This document shows, one piece after another, positions 53,687-63,230 of a DNA stretch of 64,000 nucleotides. A program made the translations under genes and the position numbers. Every line of letters starts with the position of its first letter. Positions within the stretch are counted from its first letter, which is position 1. The stretch is from an uncultured delta proteobacterium (lineage in GTDB: Bacteria > Desulfobacterota > RBG-13-43-22), in the NCBI GenBank assembly GCA_963743305.1, contig CAVUPH010000024.1:32001-96000 (forward strand). Direction: 5' to 3'. Under the pieces are notes generated by a model. It searched no databases. It was not told where the DNA came from and saw only the letters and a program-made list of their open reading frames with translations.

Positions 53687-55133
53687 ATGAACGCCAGGTT
53701 TAAACAGGAGATAATCCCCCGGACCCCCCCTAAGGCAACCTTAAAGGCCTTGCTTTCTATCTTTATTATCGGCCTTATTTCCTGCCTCTGCTTGTCATTG
53801 TTCGTTCCCTTACCCGTCGCGGAGGGATCGGAGAGCATTGGAAAATTCACCCGAGTGACAGGTCGCGTCGATGTCCTCAGGGCCGGCGCCCTGCCGGCCA
53901 GATCGGTGAAAGTGGATGATCCGGTTTACCGGAAAGACGTCGTGCGTACCAAGAGCAACTCACTGGCCGAGGTCCTCTTCGCCAATAATAATCTCATCAA
54001 AATTGCTCAACGAAGCCGCATCGATATCGGCGAATATTTCTTTGACCATTCCACGCAGAAAGGGTCGATCGGCCTAACGCGCGGCATGGTTAGAGCCGTA
54101 GTGGACAAGGAGAACAGCAAAAAAATTAATCTAGCCCCGGGGGCCAACTCCTTCGAAATCCACACTCAAAATGCCGTAGCCGGGGTTCGGGGGTCCGACT
54201 TTACCGTTTTCGAACAGAACGGGCAAACCGGGATCTTGGTTTATGAAGGTCTTATCCGGGCTTTCAACCCCTTTTTCAGGGCGGTAATAGAAGATATTGC
54301 ACCGAACCAGTTTACCATGATCCAACGGAACCGGCCTGTTCAACCACCTCAAATCGCCTCGGATTTCATGAAAAGTCGAATAGAGAAAAATTTCAACGTC
54401 CCGGGAAAAGAAATCAGAAGAAGCGCCGGGCTCAGGGGACGGTATTCCAGCGAAATCCAGCAGTCAGGCCCCGGTACTCCTAAGCGCGGAAGACGCTGCC
54501 ATTTCCGATCAGGATGCGTCCACGAGGCTCTTCAGTCTCAATGAATTCAGCGGAAGCGGGATCGTGGTCTCCCCCAAACCGATTTCGGAATCGTTTGGAG
54601 ATCTGGTCAAAAAGAAAGAACCGCCGTCTCCTCCTCCACCACCACCGCCTCCTCCTGCTCCATCGCCACCGCCGACGCCGCCTCCCCCCCCGCCGCCCCC
54701 TCCCCCGCCGCCGCCGGTGGAAGTGGGCCAAACCAATCTTTCCGGAATCCTGGTGGTCGGACCCAAAGGAGCGGTGGATTCTATTTCCTTAACCATGAAA
54801 AATATGATCTTCCTGGCTCCCTCTACCGGTCAGGCGCCCACGATATGGAACACGAACGCTATTTCCGGAAACTATACTTTTGGACCCTTTCTCAACAACA
54901 CCACCATTACCAATCCCAGTAATGCGATCAATTTGACGAATGGGCAGGGTTTGTCGGCGGACATGCAATTTGTCGTCTGGAACTCTGCCGCCCAACGCTG
55001 GGAGGCGCAGGTAAACGGCCAGGGCACTTTAAAGGGAGGGGCTTATACCGGTCCGGTCACATTCTCCGGTTCAGCCGGAGGAAGCGCGGGCGGCGGGGCC
55101 TTAAACGGTTCGGGATCGGGGACTGCCCGATAA
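53687..55133 (+). CDS. FecR-domain protein with poly-Pro linker and beta-rich C-terminal domain, apparent frameshift near 54405
   Basis: GRVDVLR, DVVRTKSNSLAEVLF, FEIHTQNAVAGVRGSDF; shifted frame is open from ~54405 into ORF 54564-55133. Confidence 0.75.
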
Positions 55134-55245
55134 GCAGGGAAAGATAGCTTTTAAGACGGATATAGTTTCCGCGCAAAGCGGCGCTCAGATTCAGTAGTCC
55201 TTACCATTTTTGTTATTCTGTCTGAATAATAGGTTGGGAGCTGCT

Positions 55246-55282
55246 GGGGGGATTGCTTCGTCACTTCTCTCCTCGCCATGAC
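55246..55282. repeat. Half copy of family A palindromic element
   Basis: gggggattgcttcgtcacttctctcctcgccatgac. Confidence 0.6.
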
Positions 55283-55307
55283 CGACCGACGGACCTTTGC
55301 GAACACC

Positions 55308-57353
55308 TCACTTTTCATCCAGGGCAACCGCCTCGCCTTCGCGGCATTCGATCACCTCGCAGGCCGAATCCGGGTCCAGGGTAGAAAGATCGTAAACCTC
55401 GACCGGAAACTTCTTCCCTTTGACCACAACCTTCTGGATTCCCCGACTGGCCAGATGGCCCAGTCGTCCCTTTTTGATATCGGGCAGGATTTTCTCCAGG
55501 GTGTGTTCCGTAATCAGGATATGGACATTATATTTCCGAGTCAAGGACTCCACCCGGGATCCCAGATTTACATGGTCTCCAATGACGGTATAATCCATTT
55601 TCTTGCCGGCGGCCCCGATATTGCCGACCAGGACCTCCCCGGTATTAAGACCGATTCCGGCATCCAGAACCGGCTTCCCCTCGGCCTGCCACTTATCCTG
55701 TAGTTCCTTCAATCGCTTGATCATGTGCAAGGCGCAGCGCACAGCCAGTTCGGCATGATCTTGCTGTTTCAAGGGAGCGCCCCAGAAGGCCAGGATGGCA
55801 TCTCCGATAAATTTGTCCAGCGTTCCTTCCCAGCGAAAAATGACCTCGGTCATGGCCTCCAGGTATTCATTCAAGAGGGCTACCACTTCTTCCGGGGCAT
55901 GTTTTTCCGAAAAAGAGGTGAACCCCCGCACATCGGAAAAAAGTATGGTCACCTCCCGCCGCTCACCGCCCAATCGAGCCAGGTCGGGGTTTTTGATGAG
56001 TTCATTGACCACCCGCTCCGTGACATAAGAGGAAAACAGGAATCGAATCCTCCGGGCGTATCGTTCTTCATCCGCGTAATTGTAGGCCGTTACTCCGATG
56101 AAAATAGCCAGTACATTCAAAGAAGGATAGGCGACATTTACCCAGAGCCCTTCACGGATTAAAAGCAAATACCCGGAAACCAGGATAATCAGGAGAAAGG
56201 CGAGGGTTAATAAAGAACCCCCGACCGCCTTCGTCCGCAGAATGACCAGAATAAACAACAGGCCGGTGACCGCCAGGACAATCAGATTAATGGCTGGGGG
56301 CGCTTTCTGCAGGGACCGGTTCTCCAGGATCGAGGCCATCACATTGGCGTGTTTTTCTATGCCCGACATGGCTGGGGAAAAAGGCGTCACCCGAAGATCA
56401 TAAATACCCATGGCTGTGGGGCCCACCAGGACAATCTTCCCCGCCAGCAGTTGCGGTTTAATCTTGCCCTCCAATATATCGCTGGCCGAGTACTGGGGGA
56501 AAGTTTTTTCCGGCCCATAATAATAGATCAGGGCCCGTCCGTAAGGATCGGTCGGAATGGTCCTTTTACCACCCAAGCGAACGGACTCGGTGGCCCTCAG
56601 GGCTTTCTTTTCCGTCGGGATCCCCAGATAAAAGGAGGTGGCCTGCACATCGATGGACGGGTACAAACGGCCTTGATATCCGATCGCCAAGGCCTCCCAA
56701 CGCACGGTGCCGTCCCGATCGGGAAACATGTTGATGTGCCCCAGGCCCATGGCCTCCCGTAATAGAATCGGGAGCGGAGAGAGGATGTTTTTGGCCATAA
56801 TCGGCTGAAAACGGCTAAAGGCTGCCCGGTTTTCAACCCGCTGAAAGGCGGCTGGGAGGATCAAATCGTCGGGCGGATTCTTGGATTCACGGTCGAATTC
56901 AAATACCAGAGGAAGCAGGACATTCCCCTGCTCTCCTATGACCCGAGCCAGAAAGGGGTCATTTTTTTCGGCTTCGCTCAGGATAATATCCAGAACAATC
57001 AATTCCGCCCCGGCCTGACCCAATCGTTGGATCAACCGGGCCAAAACATCCCGGCTCCAGGGCCAGCGCCCGAGCTTTTCAAGGCTGCGGTCATCGATGG
57101 CGGCAATGAGGAGTTGGTCCGGGGTCTTTTGGACGCCCCTGATTTTTAAGCGGTAGTCATAAAGCTTGTCCTCCAGGGTTTCCAGCGGAGACCACTCCAG
57201 GAACAAGAGGCATCCGAAGATCAGGGTCAGCGAAGAGGCGATGATCAGGTTGATAGGTTTCTGACGGGCAGTTTTACGAGAAAACAGATGCTCGACGGCC
57301 GAGAGGTAAACTCTGGCCAGAAAGTTTTTTTTGACTTGAAGAGGACTTTCCAT
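55308..57353 (-). CDS. CHASE2-domain class III adenylate cyclase
   Basis: AIDDRSL..LGRWPWSR, PDRDGTVR, GKIVLVG, GIEKHAN, 3 TM; TILFSDVRGFT, DKFIGDA, DYTVIGDHVNLGSR. Confidence 0.93.
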   Translation of the reverse strand: MESPLQVKKNFLARVYLSAVEHLFSRKTARQKPINLIIASSLTLIFGCLLFLEWSPLETLEDKLYDYRLKIRGVQKTPDQLLIAAIDDRSLEKLGRWPWSRDVLARLIQRLGQAGAELIVLDIILSEAEKNDPFLARVIGEQGNVLLPLVFEFDRESKNPPDDLILPAAFQRVENRAAFSRFQPIMAKNILSPLPILLREAMGLGHINMFPDRDGTVRWEALAIGYQGRLYPSIDVQATSFYLGIPTEKKALRATESVRLGGKRTIPTDPYGRALIYYYGPEKTFPQYSASDILEGKIKPQLLAGKIVLVGPTAMGIYDLRVTPFSPAMSGIEKHANVMASILENRSLQKAPPAINLIVLAVTGLLFILVILRTKAVGGSLLTLAFLLIILVSGYLLLIREGLWVNVAYPSLNVLAIFIGVTAYNYADEERYARRIRFLFSSYVTERVVNELIKNPDLARLGGERREVTILFSDVRGFTSFSEKHAPEEVVALLNEYLEAMTEVIFRWEGTLDKFIGDAILAFWGAPLKQQDHAELAVRCALHMIKRLKELQDKWQAEGKPVLDAGIGLNTGEVLVGNIGAAGKKMDYTVIGDHVNLGSRVESLTRKYNVHILITEHTLEKILPDIKKGRLGHLASRGIQKVVVKGKKFPVEVYDLSTLDPDSACEVIECREGEAVALDEK

Positions 57354-57560
57354 TCAGGCCGGTTCGGAAAAGGAGACGACGCGTTTTTTAAAATCCGTGC
57401 AGTCGAAGGTTATTATTGTGGCTTGGTTAACGCGACTGAGCGCGGCTAGAAAAAGATCCTGGATATCGATCCGGCTTTCCGGGTAGCGATTCAAGGCTTC
57501 GAAAAACACTTCTTTCGGGAACAGGGTTTTAATCCCTTTCAAGCGGACAACCTTGGAAAA
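57354..57560 (-). pseudogene. C-terminal remnant of a PIN-domain (VapC-like) toxin
   Basis: EALNRY...IDIQDLFLAA...IITFDCTDF; N-terminal PIN half absent. Confidence 0.6.
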
Positions 57561-57783
57561 GTCGGAGCGCTTCTTTCCGCGCCTTTTTCAGTGGAATTTT
57601 ATTTCGTCGGTAGTAGGAGTGAAAACTTCCCGCCAACACGTCGCTGTCACGCTCCGTTTTTTTCAGGATTCCCAAGCCTTCCTCTAAATGGATCGACAGC
57701 AGATTTTGAATCGCCAGTTGGTTCCGGAGTTTCTTGGGAAGGGTAACCTGCCCTTTGGGTGTTACTTTTAGTATATATTCCAT
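57529..57783 (-). CDS. AbrB/MazE/SpoVT-family antitoxin
   Basis: KVTPKGQVTLPKKLRNQL motif. Confidence 0.8.
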   Translation of the reverse strand: MEYILKVTPKGQVTLPKKLRNQLAIQNLLSIHLEEGLGILKKTERDSDVLAGSFHSYYRRNKIPLKKARKEALRLFQGCPLERD

Positions 57784-57992
57784 AAATTAATCTTTATTGA
57801 AAGTTGTACTTATTAAAATAGGACACCTTTTTTCATACTTTGTCAAAAAACTTATTTCTTGTTTGGATCAGGTCGCTGAGGATGACGATCCCCGATCCGC
57901 CACCGCGGTGGTCGAACAGGACGAGACGGATTTGGTCGCGGTGGCGGAACAGGTGGCCGGCCCGCGAGAGCCAGCGATGATGTGATTTTTGT

Positions 57993-58502
57993 TTAGCTGT
58001 TTTTCAGGCGGTCGTTGAAATCCTTCCAGAACTGCCCCTCCTTGTTTTGCCAGTCGGGGCCGAAGCGGGCGTTGAAGAAATTCCCCAGTTTATCGAAGAG
58101 CCGTTTCCAGCCGGGCAGTTGTTCATAGCGGAGGATATCCTCCAGAAAAGGGACGATCTCCCCCATTTTTTCTTTGGGCAGGTAAGCCCGGGCACCCAAT
58201 TCAATGGACTGCTGTATCGCTTCCGGGGTCAGGGCATGAGCAGTCAGCATGGCTACCGGAAAATTTCGCACCCGGGCCAGGGAAAGGAGTTCAAACCCCC
58301 GCACCCCCATGATATCCAACACCACCAGGTCGTAGGTCCAGGAGATCATGAGTTCCTTGGCCAGCTCAAAGGTGCCGGCCTCGTCGATCTGGCAGTCCGG
58401 ACAGGCTTCCTGGATTTCCTCCCGCAGCAGGTCCAACACATCCGGTTCATCATCGACAATCAGCAGACGCAAGTTTTTCAGCAGCGATTCTTTCATAGTC
58501 AC
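57993..58502 (-). CDS. Single-domain response regulator with Trp/Phe-rich C-terminal extension
   Basis: IVDDEPD, LDIMGVRG, MLTAHAL, YLPKEK, GWKRLF...RFGPDWQ. Confidence 0.88.
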   Translation of the reverse strand: MTMKESLLKNLRLLIVDDEPDVLDLLREEIQEACPDCQIDEAGTFELAKELMISWTYDLVVLDIMGVRGFELLSLARVRNFPVAMLTAHALTPEAIQQSIELGARAYLPKEKMGEIVPFLEDILRYEQLPGWKRLFDKLGNFFNARFGPDWQNKEGQFWKDFNDRLKNS

Positions 58503-58542
58503 TCCTCCTTCGATACTTTTTCAGATAATTTTTAAGGAAGGC

Positions 58543-60309
58543 TCACTCGATGTCTTTGAGTTCGACGGCCTTCAGCGCAATGCCGGCCTTCTTCACCTTT
58601 CGGGAAAACTCTTCCAGCAAGGTGTTGAGGGCCAGGCGATGATCTTCCCGGTAAAACAGGAAAAGACCCGTCATTTTCCGTTCGGCCCGGCCGCCTGCCG
58701 GACCGACCAGGCCCAGGTCCTGAGATACCTGCTCTAAGAGGGCCAGGATTTCCAGCATGGTTTGAAAGCGGTCGTTGGGGTCTTTTCGGGTAGCCCTCCG
58801 GATAAATCGGACGAGTCCTTCCGGCAAATCAGGGACCCAATTCCGGGGATCGGGAATTTCCCGGGTCAAATGGGATTCCATTATAATGGAAGGATCGTCC
58901 TCGGGAAAAGGCCGCACCCCGGTGATCAGCTCAAAAGTCATGATGCCCAGCGAATAAATGTCGGCCCGGCCGTCAACCATTTCCCCCTCGATCTGTTCCG
59001 GAGAAACATAATGGGGAGTTCCCAGGCCGCAGAGGGTATCCGTGCCCGGGGGACAGGCCAAACCGAAATCCAGGATTTTTAACTGATCGGTCGAGGGCAG
59101 AAAAATGTTGGCCGGCTTGACGTCCAGATGAACCAGCCCTTTATTATGGGCGTATTCCAATCCATAAACAATCGGATACAGCAATTCCAAAACCTGTTTG
59201 ATCGGCAGCGGCCCGACTTTCGAAAGGAGAACGTCCAGCGGGATTCCCTCCAGATATTCCATGATAATAAACAGGGTTCGATACCGCTCTTCAAAGTCGT
59301 AGACCTTGACGATATTCGAGTGATTCAAGGCGGCCACGGTCCTGGCCTCCTGGCGAAAATTCCGGATAAAATCCGGATCCATGGCCATATCGTGTTTCAT
59401 CATTTTGATGGCCACCGGCATTTCGAGGTCCAGGTGTCGCCCTTTATAGACGATGCTGTAGCCCCCCTGGCCGATAATATCGGTGATCAAATATTTGCCG
59501 ATCGTCCGGTCGGCGGTGATATTGGAGGAAGCAAAACGGTAGGCTACCAGTTCGGTGAGGAATTCCCGCAAATCGGGATGTTCCGTGGAGAGGAGGTCAA
59601 ATCGCTCCTTGGTCAATCCCCAGAGCACCAGATCGGTCTCGGCCGTCACCCGGGCGTTGCGGGGTTCCCCGGTAAGCACCGCCATCTCACCGACCACATC
59701 CCCTTCCCGAAGACGGGAAATAAATATCAGTTCCCCGCCCTTTTCCAGATGAACCACGCAGGACCCCTGCTGGATAATAAAAAAAGTGTCTCCGGGATCT
59801 CCCTGGTTGATCAACCGTTCCCCGGCCGGAAGCGACACCCGGAAAATGCTGTTCAGCACAGGTGAGACCGCCTTGCGGGGGATAGCCCTCAGCAGCTTGG
59901 TGCGAATAAAAAATTCATAATCGGCCGTCAAGGGGCGAGGGGTATTTATCTTATCCAGAGCGTTGGGGATAAGCCATCTTTGATCCGCCGGATGGAGGTC
60001 CAGGCCTAAGTGAAAAAATCCTTGTTTTTGATTCACCGGGGCGCACCAGACGACTTGGCCCTGAAAAGGACTCCAGATTTTGTCTTTGGGGGAGTAGACT
60101 TCCAGGCCGATGGGAGTCCCCTCCTCCAGGGCGGAATCGGTCAGGGCCAAAAACCCGGTTTGGCTTTCATTGAGGAGATCTACAAAATGAGGAACCCCGT
60201 CCGTTGACGCCGGAGAAGACGGATCCTTGGGGGAATAATAAAGGGCGCCTATTTTCGGGACTGACCGTCCTTCCCTGGCCGAACGGCGCCGTTCCGTTTG
60301 AGGATACAT
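58543..60309 (-). CDS. PilZ-like + cNMP-binding + Ser/Thr protein kinase
   Basis: ERRRSAR/NESQTG; VVGEMAVLTGEPRNA; IGQGGYSIVYKG, VAIKM, HLDVKPANI, DFG. Confidence 0.88.
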   Translation of the reverse strand: MYPQTERRRSAREGRSVPKIGALYYSPKDPSSPASTDGVPHFVDLLNESQTGFLALTDSALEEGTPIGLEVYSPKDKIWSPFQGQVVWCAPVNQKQGFFHLGLDLHPADQRWLIPNALDKINTPRPLTADYEFFIRTKLLRAIPRKAVSPVLNSIFRVSLPAGERLINQGDPGDTFFIIQQGSCVVHLEKGGELIFISRLREGDVVGEMAVLTGEPRNARVTAETDLVLWGLTKERFDLLSTEHPDLREFLTELVAYRFASSNITADRTIGKYLITDIIGQGGYSIVYKGRHLDLEMPVAIKMMKHDMAMDPDFIRNFRQEARTVAALNHSNIVKVYDFEERYRTLFIIMEYLEGIPLDVLLSKVGPLPIKQVLELLYPIVYGLEYAHNKGLVHLDVKPANIFLPSTDQLKILDFGLACPPGTDTLCGLGTPHYVSPEQIEGEMVDGRADIYSLGIMTFELITGVRPFPEDDPSIIMESHLTREIPDPRNWVPDLPEGLVRFIRRATRKDPNDRFQTMLEILALLEQVSQDLGLVGPAGGRAERKMTGLFLFYREDHRLALNTLLEEFSRKVKKAGIALKAVELKDIE

Positions 60310-60418
60310 GCTTCTCCTCCTGCTTCCGCGGGGGCAAGATGCTATAGGTATTATACCGGGAATTCGTCCTTACCTCGTTCGGAATTGAAATAAGAACTCG
60401 AATAGTTCTGGTTGGGGT

Positions 60419-60964
60419 TTAATAGAACCCCAGCTTCTGGCCCGGCGTTTCCACGTAAGATTTGCCGTCGGTTTTCAATTTTTCATTAAATTCCTTCCAA
60501 AAGGGTTCATCATCCATTTGCCAATCCGGTCCAAAGCGCCGGCTGAAATAATCGCCCAACCGTTCAAACAGGCGCCGCCAACCTGTGATCGGTTCGTGGG
60601 CTAGGACATCCTCCAGGAAGGGAACTATTTCTCCGATCTTTTCTTTCGGCAGATAGGCCCGGGCGCCCTGTTCGATGGCTTTCTTCAGGGTTTCGGGAGA
60701 TAAAGCATGGGCCGTGAGCATCACCACCGGAAATTTTCGCTTCACCGCCTGGGTCAGGAGGTCAAAGCCCCGAACGCCCATGATATCCAAAATGACCAGA
60801 TCGTAGGTAATCGAGCCAAGCAAATCCATGGCCCACTCGTACGTCTCGGCCTTGTTCACCCGACAGTTCGTACAGGCCTCGCCGATCTCTTCCTCCAGCA
60901 GGCTGAGAATGTCCGGCTCGTCATCTACAATCAAGATATTTCTATTCTGAAGCTTGGAGTCCAT
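60419..60964 (-). CDS. Single-domain response regulator, paralog
   Basis: Same motifs as 57993-58502. Confidence 0.88.
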   Translation of the reverse strand: MDSKLQNRNILIVDDEPDILSLLEEEIGEACTNCRVNKAETYEWAMDLLGSITYDLVILDIMGVRGFDLLTQAVKRKFPVVMLTAHALSPETLKKAIEQGARAYLPKEKIGEIVPFLEDVLAHEPITGWRRLFERLGDYFSRRFGPDWQMDDEPFWKEFNEKLKTDGKSYVETPGQKLGFY

Positions 60965-60969
60965 GCCCC

Positions 60970-61161
60970 TTATCCTTTCTTGATTTCTTCCTGAAAATCC
61001 CGTCAGAATTTCTCGTCATTTTTTTGCCAGTCCGGACCGAACCGCTGGTCGAAAAAATCCCCTAATTTTTCCAGAAGCCTCTTCCTGCCGGGTGGGGCGT
61101 CATGACGAAAGAGGTCCTCCAAGAACGGCAAGATTGCACCGAGCTTCTCTTTGGGGAGAGC
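60970..61161 (-). pseudogene. Truncated fourth copy of the response-regulator C-terminus
   Basis: Manual translation ALPKEKLGAILPFLEDLFRHDAPPGRKRLLEKLGDFFDQRFGPDWQKNDEKF*RDFQEEIKKG*; no start, TGA at the conserved Trp. Confidence 0.8.
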
Positions 61162-61166
61162 TGCTG

Positions 61167-62474
61167 TTATTTAATTACCACCCGGTCGAAGCGGCCCCCG
61201 ATTTGGCCCGAAAAAGAGTTCCAGAACCGGGTATCCTTCTGCTGCCAATCCGGGCCGAAACGGCGGTCAAAAAAATCTCCCATGCGGCCGAACAGGCGAT
61301 TCCAACCCTCTTCATTTTCGTATAGCAGGATATCCTCCAGGAAGGGAACCACATCCCCCAGTTTCTCCTTGGGCAGATAGGCCCGGGCGCCCTTCTCAAT
61401 GGACTTTTTCAGGGACTCCGCGGACAAGGCATGGGCCGTCAACATGGCCACCGGCAACCCTCGTCTTTTGGCCTCGTCCAGCAGCTCGAAACCCCGGACC
61501 CCCATAATGTCCAGGATCACCAGATCGAATGGTTCCTTGGCCAGATACTCCATGGCCTGATCATAGTTCGTGGCCCGTAGAATCCGACATCCCCGGCATT
61601 CCGCGTTAATCTCTTCCTCCAAGATATCCAGAACATCGGGTTCATCGTCCACCGCTAAGATAGATTTATCGTTCAGAATTGAATCCTTACCCATTGTCGA
61701 CTCCTTTCTACGGTATAGAGGGGGAATGATAACGGTGAAGGTTGTACCCGCCCCTTCCCGACTTTTCAATGTGATTTCACCTCCCATGGCCTCGACCAGA
61801 GTCTTCACACCGGCCAAGCCCAGGCCCAACCCCGCCAAAGGAAAGACGGCAGCCGGCTCCAATTGAACAAATCGACCAAAAATCGTTTTCTGCCCCTCGG
61901 TCGAGATCCCCGGTCCGTCATCTTCTACCTGAATGACTAAATCCGCCTCTCCGGCAATCTGAATCCGTACTTTTTTTCGGCGGTATTTCAAGGCGTTGCT
62001 GATCAGGTTGCGCAGTATTTGCTGGATCTTTCGTTGGTCATGGCAAAAAAAAGAGCTACAGAATCTTCCTTCGACCTGAAAGAAAATCCCCTGGGATTCC
62101 AAGAGGGTCTGAAATTCATGGGGTTGGACGGCTTGGAGAAGCCGATCATGAATCTGGGGCAGCGTTACCCCCAGGGCATCCATCAAGGCCTCCCGCAAAG
62201 CCGGTTCCAGGTAGAAATATTCCCGTTGGAAAATCCCCTCCTCGGAGCGCAGGATTTCAATCATCTCCTGGATCAAGCACTGGGACTTTTGGACGTTCCG
62301 GGCGATTCGCTCCATAACCTGACTCTGTTTTTCATTCAAAGGCCCGTACCGTTCCCCTCGATGGAGGAGGTTATGGACACTGGTGGCCGCAACCGCCAAG
62401 GGACTGCGCAGGTCATGGATGAGCAGGTCAAAAAGACGTTCCTTATCCTGGAAAGGGTATTTATCCCGGTTCAT
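61167..62474 (-). CDS. Sensorless histidine kinase in frame with a third receiver paralog (own RBS + ATG at 61694)
   Basis: LIHDLRSPL, NLISNALKY, DDGPGI, GLGLGL; then AAGGAG-N6-ATG GKDSIL...AVDDEPD. Confidence 0.8.
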   Translation of the reverse strand: MNRDKYPFQDKERLFDLLIHDLRSPLAVAATSVHNLLHRGERYGPLNEKQSQVMERIARNVQKSQCLIQEMIEILRSEEGIFQREYFYLEPALREALMDALGVTLPQIHDRLLQAVQPHEFQTLLESQGIFFQVEGRFCSSFFCHDQRKIQQILRNLISNALKYRRKKVRIQIAGEADLVIQVEDDGPGISTEGQKTIFGRFVQLEPAAVFPLAGLGLGLAGVKTLVEAMGGEITLKSREGAGTTFTVIIPPLYRRKESTMGKDSILNDKSILAVDDEPDVLDILEEEINAECRGCRILRATNYDQAMEYLAKEPFDLVILDIMGVRGFELLDEAKRRGLPVAMLTAHALSAESLKKSIEKGARAYLPKEKLGDVVPFLEDILLYENEEGWNRLFGRMGDFFDRRFGPDWQQKDTRFWNSFSGQIGGRFDRVVIK

Positions 62475-63003
62475 AGCGCTCCTGATGGTTCCGAGGCTAC
62501 CAGAGGGTTTTCGAAGTTCCCCTCGGGCATGGAGAAGGTTAAAGTAAATAAAGTGCCTCCGTTGGACAGGCAGTCCTCCGGCCCGAGGCAAAACCGGCAA
62601 AGAGAGATCTTGCCGGGGCAGAGGTCCTCTTTCCGGGCTAAATGGCGGCACCGTTCGCTTTGAATCCCCGACCTCAAAACCGAAGCGCCGGCCGGCAGCC
62701 TGGTCCGCAGCAGGTCCATTCCTTTCGCCTCGGCTTTAAATTCGGCAAGGGCTTCTTGGAAGACAAAGGACGGTTTCCTGGGTCTGAAACAGACCGTCCA
62801 AAAGATACTTCTGAGTCCTCCCGGCTGATCCAGTCCGCGTCTTGAACGTCCCAGTAGTACCCGCGGATTGCAGCATGCGGGATTGTTCCCGGTAAAAATG
62901 GAACAGCCGCCCGTCCTCATTGCGGCGACTGGCCTTCCGCCGATCCTGGGGATTCGGTGTGGGATTCGGATCACTGCCTGCTGGAGACTCGGGAAAAACC
63001 ATG
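62471..63003 (-). CDS. Hypothetical protein, possibly frameshifted
   Basis: Two overlapping ORFs can be joined near 62770; the stop overlaps the kinase ATG. Confidence 0.3.
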
Positions 63004-63158
63004 GCCTTCTTCCGCACCGACGTCTGAATATTCTGAAGGGCTGAAATGTTCCTTTCCCTCGGGTCGTTCAGAATGACCAAAAAAGATTTTTAGGATAGGA
63101 TTAATTTAGCTCAAGAATTTGTTTTTATCAACTTCTTTTCAAGCGATACCGGGAAATC

Positions 63159-63187
63159 TTGACAGTCCGGGGAGATTCGATTATAAA
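63159..63187 (+). promoter_or_regulatory. Sigma70 promoter of bioB
   Basis: TTGACA-N17-TATAAA. Confidence 0.7.
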
Positions 63188-63217
63188 TGTAAACCATATT
63201 GAACAAATTGGTTAACA
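63188..63217 (+). promoter_or_regulatory. BirA-type biotin operator
   Basis: TGTAAACC-N14-GGTTAACA between the -10 box and the bioB RBS; matches the proteobacterial BirA consensus. Confidence 0.8.
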
Positions 63218-63230
63218 GACAGGAGAAGTC

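Noticed and set aside
54620-54720. Poly-Gly or Arg-rich ORFs over the C-rich tract
   Set aside because: These are shadow frames of the poly-Pro linker in the FecR-domain gene.
61003-61005. In-frame TGA as possible selenocysteine or recoding
   Set aside because: It aligns with a conserved Trp in a start-less fragment; a TGG-to-TGA nonsense change is simpler.
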